Positions 25,900 through 38,315 of a stretch of 64,000 bases of DNA are shown in pieces. Every line of letters starts with the position of its first letter. The first letter of the stretch is position 1. Origin of the DNA: Microthyrium microscopicum (lineage: Eukaryota). The notes beneath the pieces were generated by a model that was not told where the DNA came from, searched no databases, and saw only the letters and a list, made by a program, of their open reading frames with translations. The stretch covers positions 1,995,530-2,059,529 of the forward strand of contig MU004238.1 of assembly GCA_010405405.1 (NCBI GenBank). Reading direction: 5' to 3'. Position numbers and translations under genes: made by a program.

Positions 25900-26414
25900 A
25901 ATGAGATCTGCGAACCGGATAGGACTTGAGACGATCTGATATTGATAAGTGGCTGATGGGAATCAGTGATTGAGGCAATCCAAAGTCGGTAAAGTTGACG
26001 GGAGAGAAAGACGATCTTCAGATAATCGGATCAGTAGCAAATAAGCCCGCTCCTGTTGTTTTGAGCAAGGCTTGTGATGAATTGATGCGCATCATTCAAA
26101 AAAGTTGAAGACATAAATTATGTTAGGCAGTTTTAGCCTTAGCGCCTTGTAGCCTTCGCCTTACTGCCTGACGAATCTGAATTCATCAATAATCCATCGC
26201 GACAAAGGACAGACGGCAGCAAACCAACATTAACCACCCATCTTTTCTATTTGCCATAATCTCGGCCCCATGATGAAAACCTGTCCGGATTCAAATACAT
26301 TGATTCTGACTGCTACAAGATAGCTATTTTGCTTGGAAGCGGCGACAACAAATGCTCCCATCATAACCACATGCGCCGTTCTCGCCCACCCAAATACCAG
26401 ACACAGACGAGCAT

Positions 26415-27050
26415 ATGGCTCGAAAACGACGCCCTCCGCGGCCAGGCGCGCTCGCAGACCAAGCGCCCTGGAGAATCCTCAAGACAATCGTTCTCCTTCA
26501 GTCCGCTTACTACGCCTCAGCGATCATTCTCATCGTTTTCTCGGTCCTTGTAGCTGGAAAGGAACTCAAGCCCGGTCTTCTCCTAGACTGGACTACAATC
26601 CGGGCAGACTCGACGGTGGGTTGGATGATGGCTATGATCTGGGTATTGAATGGTTTAATAAGGTGCGATGAGTCTACACAAGCGTCCAAGACGTGTCCAA
26701 TGCTAACAGGCAGCAGCGTTATTTTTATCCTAATTTTCGTTGCGCGATCTAAACTCGTCCCTGACTACGCACTTACCGTACACCTCCTACATCTATTATT
26801 CTCGTCGGTTTATACGCACTCAATACCAAAAACCTTGTTCTGGTGGGGCGTTCAAGTGTTCTCTGTCACCTTTATGACGATATTGGGCGTTTGGAGCTGT
26901 CAGTGGAGAGAGCTGAAGCCCATCAATTTTGGCTTTAGCAACAGTGGTACTTCGAGCTCCCAAACTACAACTGCAGATGATCAAGGAGTTGGATTCCCGC
27001 GTGGTCAAGGAGGAACGTACGAGCTATTGGATCGTGGTACTCCTGTGTAG
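26415..27050 (+). CDS. SYS1: Golgi integral membrane protein Sys1
   Basis: Motifs MARKRRPPRPGAL, ARSKLVPDYALTVHLLHL and CQWRELKPI. In-frame 54-nt intron at 26663-26716. Confidence 0.88.
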   Translation: MARKRRPPRPGALADQAPWRILKTIVLLQSAYYASAIILIVFSVLVAGKELKPGLLLDWTTIRADSTVGWMMAMIWVLNGLIRCDESTQASKTCPMLTGSSVIFILIFVARSKLVPDYALTVHLLHLLFSSVYTHSIPKTLFWWGVQVFSVTFMTILGVWSCQWRELKPINFGFSNSGTSSSQTTTADDQGVGFPRGQGGTYELLDRGTPV

Positions 27051-27714
27051 AATATGAGCGGACCGTTTGCATTGTATGGCGTTGGGAACTCTATAGCGTT
27101 ATGGCATCCATGTATTGTATGAGACCTGGAGATTATTCCTATTGCTATTACGATCACATATCTCCATGACTTGGAAAACTTTTATGTTGTGACTCTGAAT
27201 AATGCCTACAAATTTCAAGGTCTAGGGCAAAGTGACACTTTGGCTCTACATCTCAGACTTGCACCTCAAAGGTTGACTTCAACCTCTGTACCCGAACATA
27301 TATAAGAGAAGCAGGAAAGCGCGTTCGCTGAAAAACCCAGCACCTCGTCAGATATATCTCCAAGACTCGAGGCGAAATATCTGCTGACATCGAGCCAGCT
27401 CTTGACTGCAAAACCTGGAAAATTATTGCTGCTGGTCTCTGGCGCGACAACTTGTGAATTACATCAAGGGATAAAAGAGCTCAGCTTGACCTCAGTAAAT
27501 TCTTGATTATAGGATATGTAGTGAGATTCACTTCTGGAGATTTGAGGTCAGATGGCAAGAGTGATCGAATGCGCCTGCCTGCAACATTGAATTTTGGGAC
27601 CTGCTATTGTCCACCACCAAGCAAATCGTCACACATTTCCCCCTACTAGGCTTTCGTCGTCGTCTTCGTCCTCCTCCTACGAATCTCAATTTCGACAAGC
27701 CCTCATAAGTCATT

Positions 27715-30700
27715 ATGTCGAACCTACCCGAGTTTTATCCTGTTGCAGGCCCCTCAAACGGATTCCAGAATGGCAGTAGTTCTGGATACGCTCAACAAAA
27801 TCAATACTACTACCAGTCCGACGGCGATGATGATGTCGAAGCTTTTGACACCTATGGCGAAGACACCTTTGGCGAGGACACCTTTGGTGAAGATACTGCC
27901 GCTGAATACACCTTTGCGGAAGACACTTTTGATGATGACGAAGATTCTGAACCGGATTTGAGTCTGACAGAGTTCCCTTCTGACCCGGAGGATGATGCTG
28001 GCCAAGGAGCGAAGCAACGTCAAGTTGCTAGAAAGAAGGGGAAAACAGCAATACCAAAGCCGGGCAAAGTGGCAGAAGGAGCAACATATCAGCCAGGCAA
28101 ACGCAAGCGCGTGAAAAGAATGGCCATGGATGGGAATACTCGAGCCGCAAAGCGCAACAAGACCGCAAAAACACCCGCTGAACTGGCCGAACTGAAAAAA
28201 TTGAATGGTTTGGTCACTGGAGCTTGGCTTCAGGACAATTTTGAGGCGACTGTCAAATATGCCCTCGAAGCTGTTAAGTTCGATCCTTCCATCTTTCAGC
28301 TCCATGCGACCCTCGCAGAGGCTTTGATCAAACTTGATCGACCAGATGATGCGGCTGGAGCATTACTCGCAGGTCTTCATACGACTAGCGAAGTAGAAAA
28401 CTGGTGGTACACTGTTGATCGCCTTAAAGCTATCTGCCCCAATACCAAGGCAACCCGAAAACAGCTCGTCTTCTGCTACTCGCATATCTTGGGTCTTGTG
28501 CATGATGACAAGCTGGCTCGCCTGGAGCGAATGCGGGTATATCGTGACCACGGATCGTGGCGAAGAGTTAAGGCTGACTGTCTAGCCCTGTTGAGCTTGG
28601 ATCCAAATAACCTGGAATGTATACAGACACTGATACAGGTTGCCCCTGTCCTGGATAGAAGACTTGAGGAGCCAGAAACCACACTGGACGCCATCGAGGC
28701 TTTCAAGTTGTACATCGCCAACCATATGCATATGGATGTACCGGGAAACTCTTACATTGACTGGAATCTTATCCTGATGTTTGCTGATCTTTTTGTCAGC
28801 GCTGGCCAGATTGAAGAAGCCATCCGGCAACTCAAGCGCGTCAGTCGGTGGGTTATCGGCCGAGGCGATGAAACATATTGGGATAACATTGAAGATGATA
28901 GAGAGTGGGACATGGAAGATGAGCCTCGTCGAATTGAATTGGACGAATTTGAGATGCCAACCTACTCGGATTTGATGTACGGGCCTTCTCTCCCGATCGA
29001 GCTTCGTGTCCGTCTAGGCACTCTGCGGGTCCTCCTTGGGCCAGAACATCTTAACGAGGCAATGGTTGGTCTCACTAACGGTCGAAATGAGGCAATGCTA
29101 ATTCTTTTCAGAATCATCTCAATATCCTCTACCCAGAGGAAACAAATGAGCCGGATGCGCTCCACAATTATGCCGATCTATTTATGGACGCTGCCTCAAC
29201 ACTGAAAGAAGCTGGACTATACCAAGAGGCACTAAGATTCTATGAGCCACTCCGAGTCATATCGGAAAGTCTCAAAGCCAGTTATTTGTTTGATCTGGCC
29301 ACCTGTTATGAAGCACTGCACCGAGAGGATGACGTTCGAAAGACCATCCTCGAGATGAGACAGAGCAAGAATACTGTAAAAGGTCGAATCGCACTAGCAA
29401 AACTGTACAAGGCCCAAAACCGTCTTCAAGAAATGTGGCAACTCATTCTGGAGCTTCGACGTGGTGGACATATTGAGCAGGTCAGAGAAGCTGGTATAAC
29501 TACAACCAGACCAGAAGGTCTTCCCCTGCCTGATAAGCCACCGCCTATACGTCAACCGAATCGTGCTCCTCCGCGTCCCAAACCCTGGAAACGTAGAACC
29601 CTCAAGGAAGCGAAAGAAGTCGATAAAGCAGAGTTGATCAAAGACCGCGTGGTGAAAACCCTACACGAAGATCTGCAGCAGTTGGAAGAGTCCCTCAAAG
29701 ATGACCCTAGCATTATTGGCGAATGGCTTTCACTGGCAAGTCAAATGTTTGCTGAGTTTAGCGGTCAACGGGCGATTTCTCACCGCAGCAGAATCAACAA
29801 TGTTCGAAATCAAGTGAATGAGAACGGGGAAGATGGAGTCACGAAACGGTTTTCGTGGGGTCAGAACAGAATTCCAACATATCGGTCTCTAGACTTTGAC
29901 GCATGGATGACGTTTCTCTTGCGTTATGCCCTTCGCTTTGCTGACATTGGTGACGAAAGTGGGTGCAAACGCGTGCTCAAAGTTGCTGCTGCAGCGAACA
30001 ATATCTGGGACAATGAAGAGAAACAGCATGACTTTCGAGTGATAACTTTGCGTAAGCTTTGCACTTTCCAAACAAAATGCCGCTGCTAATCCTGATACAG
30101 ATTGCGCAATAAAGTTCAATGACGAAAATACAGTGTGTCGGACTATGAGATGGTTTCTCCGACACCATCCATTCTCCATCGAAGTTTTCAACCTAATGTC
30201 CTTCTCCAACCGAGCTCTCCACCTAACTCCTGAGATGTTCATGTGCGGCCCGGAGCAGAAATGGATGCTTCGACAAGTCAAGCAAATGGACTATGCCCTC
30301 CTCCTACAGGAAGGTGATGAAGCAGCCCGCCTAAAACTGTTCCCAGTACCGCCAATCAGCACTATACCATTCCATGGAGATCGCCACGACCCAACATTGC
30401 TGAATCACTATGCACACATCATGCTCGCTGGTAGTGGTCCCCAGCCAGCAATCAATTACTATCTTCGGGCATACACTATGCGCCCAAACGACCCCCAGCT
30501 TCTGCTGAGTTTGGCGATGGCATATCTAAGCAACGCGATTAAGAGAGTGTCGACTAATAGGCATTATCAAGTTCAGCAAGGTATGGCCTTCTTGCTGAGA
30601 TACTATCAGCTTAGAAAAGATACTGGTAGTGCTCTTATGCAACAGGAGGCAGAGTTCAACATGGGCATGGCATATCATATTCTAAACCTTTCTCATCTGG

Positions 30701-30891
30701 CCGTCGGGTACTTTGAAAAGGTGATGGCTATGAGTACACAGGTAAAAAAAGAAGGAAAGGCGAAAGGATTGTCTGAGTCGCAGATAGAGGATTTTGCACC
30801 AGAGGCGGCCATGGCTTTGCAGTCCATTATGGTGCTCAACGGCGATCAAGAAGCAGCGGATGAAATTACAGCGGAGCACTTGATACTATAA
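27715..30891 (+). CDS. TFC4: TFIIIC TPR subunit (Tfc4/Sfc4), 3 exons
   Basis: Acidic N-terminus, TPR-like helices, and motifs EWDMEDEPRR, LPIELRVRLG and NRHYQVQQGMAFL...QEAEFNMGMAYHILNLSHLA. Introns 29065-29111 and 30052-30100 restore the frame. Confidence 0.85.
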
Positions 30892-31906
30892 GTAGAAGAG
30901 GCCAACTAAATAATGATGCAAAGAGTTTGATGAGAAGAATGAACTTATTCATCACCAAAGCAAAGCGACTCTCATGCCAAGTGACAATACAAGAAGTCAG
31001 GTCTTTATATTGGGTATCAAGCAATCACCTCTATCGATACTGGGAATCTACGGCCAGCGTGTCGTCAAGATAGCCTCAATTATGCAAGCCGCGGCTCTGG
31101 CCTACGATACACTAAACCATAGCAGGTAAAGTGATGCTGATGGTGCAGCGTTCTTGGTAGTGGCTTTTCCTGTTGCTCGCCGAAAACAGCAGCAATTCGC
31201 CTCAAATCATACCGTAAAGAATCATTGTCCTGGCGTGCTGGTAAGGTATGATCTGGCAGGTCTAGCCATGCAGACACGCAAGCAGAGTTGCGGTGGCCAA
31301 CCCGCCTCATTAGCGCGAACCATTTTAGACTCTTCACTGTTCAGGGGATTATTGTTGCTTGTTGCGGGTTCAGTATTCCTTCAACATCTCTTGAAATGAT
31401 TATATCACAGTTTGATATGGTCACTTCTTCTGTATCCAACTACAACTTCAACACTAAGTAAGTATAGGACTGGCGACGAGCAAGCAGAGTGTTAGCAGGT
31501 ATCAACGGTCTGATCGTGAAGCTGGCAGCAAGGCTTCCCCGACCAACCAGCGACAGCGCCGAGAGCGACCTGCATGCCACCAACTTGCCTCAAACCAGCA
31601 CAGTCGTGTGCTGCGTTCGAACGTGGCAGCTTGCCAGTGCTTCCTGCTCGCTGGGACCTACTCTATCGCTGTATGGTTTGTTCGCAGGATCTGAATGGCT
31701 GGCACTATAGAAATGATTGCTGGTTAATTCTTACCGCCCAAGACATGGAATTGATGCCATGTCGGCGGATGCTTCCCGAGGAACTAGGGAATACGTTGAT
31801 GCATTAGTACTTGTAGCTGGTCGTCTGCTATGTTGGCAGATTTTTGTTATATTTCTATCCCTACTGCGAATTTGCAACTGTCACCCTCCTACTAGCACAT
31901 ATCGCG

Positions 31907-33976
31907 ATGCCTGTGACACATGTTGGTCTGACGGTTTCAAATTTGCCGAGTTCTACCAAATTCTATCTGGCGGCTTTGCAGCCGTTGGGATATCGGTATA
32001 TTGGACAATGGGGTCCGCAGATAGGATTTGGTGCTGAGGAGGCAGACTTTTTCTTGACTCAAGAAATGGCAGGGTAAGCTCGCATACTCATTCCAAATTT
32101 CAAACACCTGATCAAGTAGCTAATCATTGTTGTTCATAGTATGAAAGCAGGTGGCGGCCATGTCGCCTTTTCCGCCCCAGATAGAGCGTCTGTTCACGAA
32201 TTCTTTGCCTCCGCCGTAGAAGCTGGCGCCCGCCCACATGGCAAACCAGCTCAGAGATATGATGGTGATCAATGTTTCAACTCCGCAGTCCTCGACTATG
32301 ATGGTAATAGTATAGAGGTTGTCTACCATGAGAGCGAAATGTGTGGCGGAGCTTCGAAACCGCAGAGTCGTGTTTTGAGCTGGAGAGATGATGTTGTTGA
32401 TAGCATAGATGACGCAACAAGTATCATCTCTCAGAGTGCTGCGGGACGAAGTGTAGCCCCAAAAAGTACCGCTGGCCGAAGTACTGTCGCTCATAGTGTG
32501 GCTGGACGAAGTTCAGCAGCGAAAAGCGTCGCTTCTAGAAGTGCTGCTGCAAAGAGTGTCGTGAGTGTCAGAAGTATCCAGTCCGCCGCTTCATCTGCCG
32601 CCCAGCAAGCTCTCGTTCCAGCCACGGCTGCTCCATCAATTGTATCAAGATCGGGCGTCGCATTTCCTATAATCACTCAGCCGCGAGCTCCACCGTTGCC
32701 AGCCCCGACAGAGCTCTCAGCCCAAACAGTCTTGTCGACACTCCACAAAAGCATTACAGGTAATGGAGGAAGCATGGCATCTTCTCTTCTTGGAGACTCG
32801 AGGATTGAGATGTCAACCAAGACTCTTGCTGGTACGCTCCTTGGTGCAGCCGCTGGTGCCGCCGTCGCTTACGCCATGTGCAAGAGCGAAGAAGACAGCG
32901 CCCACTCAGAACGAATCGCTTCGATCGCCGCATCCCAAAAGTCCGCATCAATGATTGAGCCATGGTCATACCCTTCTCCTATCATACCCGGCACTCCATC
33001 TCACACTCCTGCGACTTCACAATACACTTCGGCCTCCAGAAAGACAGGGATGCAAGCGCTAGAAGGCCCTATGATCCCTCTATCAGCATATACAGGACAA
33101 ACAGCGTCCCACGGACGAGCATTCGAATACCTTGCAAGCTCTCCCAAGAGCCAATATCTTGGATCTTCACCGCAAAGTCAATACCTAGGTACTTCGCCTG
33201 GCAGCCGCGTCTCCGCCGCCCGCTCAGCACGCCGACCGTCCGTAACAATAGAAGATTACGAAGAGCTTGACCTTGAGCCTAAACGTCCTTCTTCTCATCT
33301 CTCACGAGCGCACACCACCCCGGCAGTTTCCTCACGCTCCAGCTCTCGCGTCCCATCCAAAGCCTCCTCCAAGGCAGCTTCCATCGCCGCTTCTCAATCT
33401 ACTGCCCGCCCAACACCATCCCGCGCTGCCTCTCATACACCATCCAAACAATCCTCTCAAACCGCCGCTGAAAGCCACCACTCACCCAGCACCACCAGCC
33501 GGCCACGCAGCGAGTCAAGCAAACATACCAGCACTTCCAAGAAGAGCACCCGCAGCGGCAGCAGTAGTAAAGCGTCAAAACCGAAGTCCGGCCACCATCT
33601 TGACGTCGTCCACGAGCGCAGCTGGTCGCCTCCTGCCGACTATACTATTTTTGCGGCAGATGAGGACGATGAGAGCATAGTTCCCAGTGACAGTATCTCC
33701 AATGTTGGTTCGACAAAGCGGAGTAAGACGAGTAAGCGCAGCAAGAGCAGTAAGAGCTCTTCGTCGACCAAGGGCAGTAGTAAACATTCGGAGAAGGGTA
33801 GTAGGGCGACTAGTCGGAAGAGTGAGTCGGTGAAAGAGGCGCCCAGTGAGGCGCCCCGTGCAGAGACGGTGACACAGAAGAGGTCGAAGGAGCGGTCGCA
33901 TGTTAGTCTGCCGTTGAGAGGGATGACGCCTATGGGCAGGGTTGATGGGCGTACGATTGCTAGTTATGCTGGTTGA
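31907..33976 (+). CDS. VOC/glyoxalase-domain protein with long Ser/Ala/Lys-rich disordered tail, 2 exons
   Basis: Motifs THVGLTVSNL..FYLAALQPLGY, HVAFSAPDRASVHEFF and VLDYDGNSIEVV. Intron 32074-32139. Confidence 0.85.
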
Positions 33977-34111
33977 GTTCTTGGTTTGGGTTTTGAGAGC
34001 ATTTTTAGCATATGGTGAGCATTTCGAGTAATTTAGTCAGCTATGGCGTGGTAGAATCGACGATGGTCGTATCTTTCAATTATGCAGTTAAATTCATGAC
34101 TCATGTCTCAT

Positions 34112-35611
34112 CTAGTCTTTGAATTTGGCTCTGAGTGCATCGATCTCTCGCTGAAATGCATCCATATCCGCGAGCACATCACGAGATGACGCTGGCGGTG
34201 CATTCGGGCCGGTGTGGTCGCTTGGTGTCATTTCTAGTCGTGATTCTTCCTTGATAGACCCTTCCAGTTGAGATGTAGGTACTCTGCGTAGGCTGTCCAG
34301 ACTGGGCCTTGGCATTTCAGCACTGGTTCTGCGGGAATGCGGTCCAGAGCCCGAAGTTGTCCTCTGGCTAAGCTCTATGCTGTTTCTACTTGACCTTCTT
34401 CGAGCGGGCGGAGGTGGAGGAGATGTGAGAGAAGCTTGGGAGGAAGACCGCATTCTTCCAGGAATGATCTGAATACTGCGAGCCTCTATGCTTCTCTCGC
34501 TGGTGCTGTCGTTGGGTGAGAATAGGGGGTTAGATGTTTGGGTATTCCCACTACCAGATCGCCGCGAAGGTGGAGGTGGAGGAAGTGGTTTCTGAGACGG
34601 ATCGCTGCCATCAGATATGCTAGGAGGGTGGGAACTTTGTTGTTCCTCGTGCTGGGAGGAAGCTGTATTTGCCCGCGAACGTTTTGTCACGGTTGAACGC
34701 CTTGCGAGCGGAGGCGGAGGCGCCATCTTTTTGACATCACCCATTTCTGACGGGGGTGTGCTGGTCGATAAGGGCTCGTCCGGCAGACTTTGCTGCTCAA
34801 TCACCTTGGAGGTTGGGCCAACCAATTCCTCTTTCGTACCTGAAGGAATTCTGACTGGAGGTTCAAGCATATCAGTACTACGCGGATTGCTCGTCAACGA
34901 TGGATCACTTGGAGCAAAGTCATCAAAAGCCACAACTTGAGGTCCTTTGACTGGGAGTGTTTTGCCATGGCGAGACTTTGGTGGTGGGGGAGGAGGCACT
35001 TTGTGCTTTTCATGGATATCACTATCAGATCGGTCTCGGCTACGGATTTCTGGGGTTGAGCGACTGTCTTGGGCGATATGTTCCCGATATGGCTCATTGA
35101 AGGTTCCTTCTTTCAGAGGCTCAAATGCCTTGAATGGAGTCGAAACGTTGGGTCCTTTAATTGGATTTTGTTGTGTTGTAGCATTATCTTCTGGGCTTTT
35201 GGGCGCTCCTTTCATCAGCAAGGAGGTAAAGGAGCCAACATCCATCGAAGCTCGGGAGCGAGCAGGAAAAGACGTAGACTCATTGTCTTTTTTGGTTCCA
35301 GCCTCTGGGAAACTGTCGACAGAAGGTTTTTCAACTTGGCTCGATTGATCGAAATGAGACGACCGAAACGGGTTTCCTGCAGTTGCCAACATCGTGAAGT
35401 CCGGATCCGCACGATTTAGGGTCTCAATACCAAAGTTGGGCGCGTCGGTTACTGGAGCCTGAGGCGCGATTCGAACTTTCTTGATATTTGCTTTTTCAAT
35501 AGAAGTCGCATTCTCTCGCGTCAGTCCAGTATCATCACGCGTAGAGGCTTCCGCGGTATTAGGCACCTCCCCTGGAGAGGTCGAGGGATTGGTTTTGAAG
35601 GGGTTACTCAT
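34112..35611 (-). CDS. Proline-rich hypothetical protein with C-terminal helix
   Basis: 499-aa intronless ORF with NPF motifs, several PPPPPxR tracts and a C-terminal DVLADMDAFQREIDALR. Confidence 0.75.
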   Translation of the reverse strand: MSNPFKTNPSTSPGEVPNTAEASTRDDTGLTRENATSIEKANIKKVRIAPQAPVTDAPNFGIETLNRADPDFTMLATAGNPFRSSHFDQSSQVEKPSVDSFPEAGTKKDNESTSFPARSRASMDVGSFTSLLMKGAPKSPEDNATTQQNPIKGPNVSTPFKAFEPLKEGTFNEPYREHIAQDSRSTPEIRSRDRSDSDIHEKHKVPPPPPPKSRHGKTLPVKGPQVVAFDDFAPSDPSLTSNPRSTDMLEPPVRIPSGTKEELVGPTSKVIEQQSLPDEPLSTSTPPSEMGDVKKMAPPPPLARRSTVTKRSRANTASSQHEEQQSSHPPSISDGSDPSQKPLPPPPPSRRSGSGNTQTSNPLFSPNDSTSERSIEARSIQIIPGRMRSSSQASLTSPPPPPARRRSSRNSIELSQRTTSGSGPHSRRTSAEMPRPSLDSLRRVPTSQLEGSIKEESRLEMTPSDHTGPNAPPASSRDVLADMDAFQREIDALRAKFKD

Positions 35612-36831
35612 GGCGGCGTCGTGTTTAAAGTGGCCTCAGAACAACATTTGGCATGGAGTTGAAACAAGAGACTTGCTTGACTGGACAAGCTCATTGAAGC
35701 ATCCTCTTGGATTGCTGGGGCTAATCTATCATACTTCGAGATTTCATGAGAGCAAGAAAGGGTTGCGGCAAAGCACGGAAATGATCTGCAAGGGCCTACA
35801 TACAGGGACATATTAACCGGGCTCCTTTGCTTCCTGCTCTGCTCCCATTGATTGCTTCCTTTCCTTCCAAAACCGACCCGTCTGGATCATTTATTTTCTG
35901 TGATACACCAGACAGACTCAACTTGTCCCATTGCCCTGCTCGGGTGCACAAATCGCGATTTCTGGTCGTAATCAATGGAGATGGGAGTTGAAGAGAGTGC
36001 CACAAAGAAGAGGTCCGCTAATATGTCCCCTCACTACGCTTTTCTTTCCGCCTGCTTATCAGCTTCACCTTTTTCTGGATCGGAGGTAGGGATCATTGAC
36101 CTGATTGTATTATGCGGTATTCCTATCGTGGTCGAGACTGTTCCTAATTGTTCAAAAGAGAGAGTACGTCAGGGAGATATCGCCCTTTGTGGTTGGCGTA
36201 GTTACTCCTAGAAAGTAGAAACTGACTCAAAAACCATCAGAACGGAAATAAGGAGCAGGAAAATCAAGGAACAAAAGGACATCTTGCCGTAACTATGGCC
36301 AGATTCTTTCGATTGATTTTCTGCAGGCATTCTGCAATTGTAAGATGATAGTGAATGAAGCACAGTCATCATTGTGTTGTCAATCACCACCCGACAATAT
36401 GCTGAACGGTGATACTTATCTTGAACAAAGAAAAGGATCTGTTGAATGAGTTTTCATATATCATTGCTACATAGAAAAAGCGGTGATTTCCCGACAGCAG
36501 TGAGTGATTCATAGTCATCGGAATCACTCTATTCCGTTGAAGCAGTCGCCCATGGCACATCGGCTGAGGTCAATCGGAGCATCTTGTGTTTACGATAAGA
36601 CAATCATACCACAGTTGTTATGATAAAAATGATGAAAATGTTTCCGATTCGTCCCCATATACGAAATGCGATGGGAGTTATTCATAGCCGGCAGTGATCA
36701 AGTACCTAGGTTAGGTATATAAACAGCTTAGAACTCTCAGTTGGTAAAATTGTTACTGTATCATTCCTAGTGATTTCGAGCCCTTTATTCTCACAACTAC
36801 AATATAATTCTAAAGCTACAAGCTAACAACA

Positions 36832-37467
36832 ATGGCACAGAGGTGCATTAAATGGGTGTACACTTGGGAGGACTGTGGTTGCGTGAAATACAAGTTCCAT
36901 GATGGCCATAATGACGAAATCTGCGATCCCAATCAGATGGTGGAAGAGCCTCGACAGCATACAGGCATGTGTAGGGACTGCGGTAGAGGTCTTCACTGCA
37001 AAAGTCATGACTGCAAGAACGATGAAGACAATGACAGCCAGAATGACGGTAGAAGTAACCGTAATAAAGGCAACTACAGCAAAGCTAGCCGCAGCAAACG
37101 ATATAACCACAACACTCACGGCAAGGGTAATCACTACAGGGGCAATCATGAGAAACGCAGACGCGAAAAGCACGTGAGCTTCCCAACGATGCCGCGTCTG
37201 CCTGGATATGGGCACGAATATCCATCTGGTTTACCCTCAGGATATGCGAACTATACGATACCTGAAAGGTTCTTTCAACACCAACCAGTATACAAAGCCT
37301 GCCCAAGTCCAGAAAGCGCGAACATTGTGGGACCTGGAGATTGTTATCAGCAGCCTGCAGTTCCTAGAACCTGGTCACCATTGCGTTATGCAGTGCCTCA
37401 GAATAATGCGATACCTGCAGATTGCTTCCAGCAGCCCGCGGTCTCTAAACCTTGGGGACATCATTGA
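36832..37467 (+). CDS. Cys-array member 1 (211 aa, Cys domain plus low-complexity tail)
   Basis: C-x9-CGC-x8-H-x4-C-x15-CRDC. TATATAAA at 36716. Confidence 0.7.
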   Translation: MAQRCIKWVYTWEDCGCVKYKFHDGHNDEICDPNQMVEEPRQHTGMCRDCGRGLHCKSHDCKNDEDNDSQNDGRSNRNKGNYSKASRSKRYNHNTHGKGNHYRGNHEKRRREKHVSFPTMPRLPGYGHEYPSGLPSGYANYTIPERFFQHQPVYKACPSPESANIVGPGDCYQQPAVPRTWSPLRYAVPQNNAIPADCFQQPAVSKPWGHH

Positions 37468-37601
37468 CTCCTAATGGTGGGTTCAAGTCTGCTTATGGAT
37501 TCTAGGAACAAGGACTTGGATGCATATAAAGACAAGCTTTGGCAAAAGTTTTCTTACTAGCAATAGGTACCTAGATTATAATAAATTCATATCCCCTTAG
37601 A

Positions 37602-37790
37602 ATGTGCGATCAAACTAAAAAGTCGTGAATTGACTGCGGCTGAAAGAAGGAAGAAACAAGACCTTGCATAGATGCGTCAGCTTCAGGAAGACTCTGTCCT
37701 TATGATGAAAGAATACACACTCACTGGAGAATCCCAGGAGTCTGCGGAACGCGTTGGTGTCGGCAGAGAGGTAAGTACCTAGTGATATAG
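37602..37790 (+). pseudogene. Cys-array member 2, interrupted by two in-frame TGA codons
   Basis: Manual translation MCDQTKKS*IDCG*KKEETRPCIDASASGRLCPYDERIHTHWRIPGVCGTRWCRQRGKYLVI* shows the family spacing. TATAAA at 37525. Confidence 0.7.
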
Positions 37791-38036
37791 AAGAAAATGC
37801 TTAAGCGAGCTAGACAGTCATCGAAAACTACAGAAATATAAAGCCAAGATCTGTATATATCCTCAATTTGACCTCGCTGTCGGTCTGAAATCATATATCC
37901 ATATATCTTCAACAAATTGGGGCCTCGTCAATTGTCCATCCCATCATTATCTCACCACCATATCTACAGCCCCGTGTTATATAATCAACTCATCAAACAA
38001 GCAACAGTTCAGCCTGAAAGCCTCTCCAACTTCAAG

Positions 38037-38315
38037 ATGTGCGTAGGAAGATTCATCTTGTGCAAAAACTGCGACCATGTCAGATGGCAAGTACTCCACT
38101 CGCACTGTGAGAAAGCCAGGGAGACAGGGAAAGAATGCCACCGTGCTGAAATGTCCATTGTCTACGATTTGCAGGATGTATGCCGCAAGTGCCGCTATAC
38201 GGAAACGATCACTGTCGACGATACAGAAGATCTCTGTCCTGAATGCGAATGTAAAGGCGGCGCTTGCCGGTGTGATTATACGATGAAGCCTACGGTCTGC
38301 GACAAGGCAAAATAA
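38037..38315 (+). CDS. Cys-array member 3 (92 aa)
   Basis: MC-x9-CDH-x9-C-x9-C-x14-CRKC plus an extra Cys-rich tail. TATATAA at 37978 and a purine at -3 of the ATG. Confidence 0.75.
   Translation: MCVGRFILCKNCDHVRWQVLHSHCEKARETGKECHRAEMSIVYDLQDVCRKCRYTETITVDDTEDLCPECECKGGACRCDYTMKPTVCDKAK

Noticed and set aside
27857..27930. GEDTF-type 15-bp repeats in TFC4
   Set aside because: Ordinary slippage repeat in an acidic disordered N-terminus.
29055..29097. GAGGCAATG repeated at the TFC4 exon end and inside intron 1
   Set aside because: Too short to support an intron-gain mechanism without orthologues.
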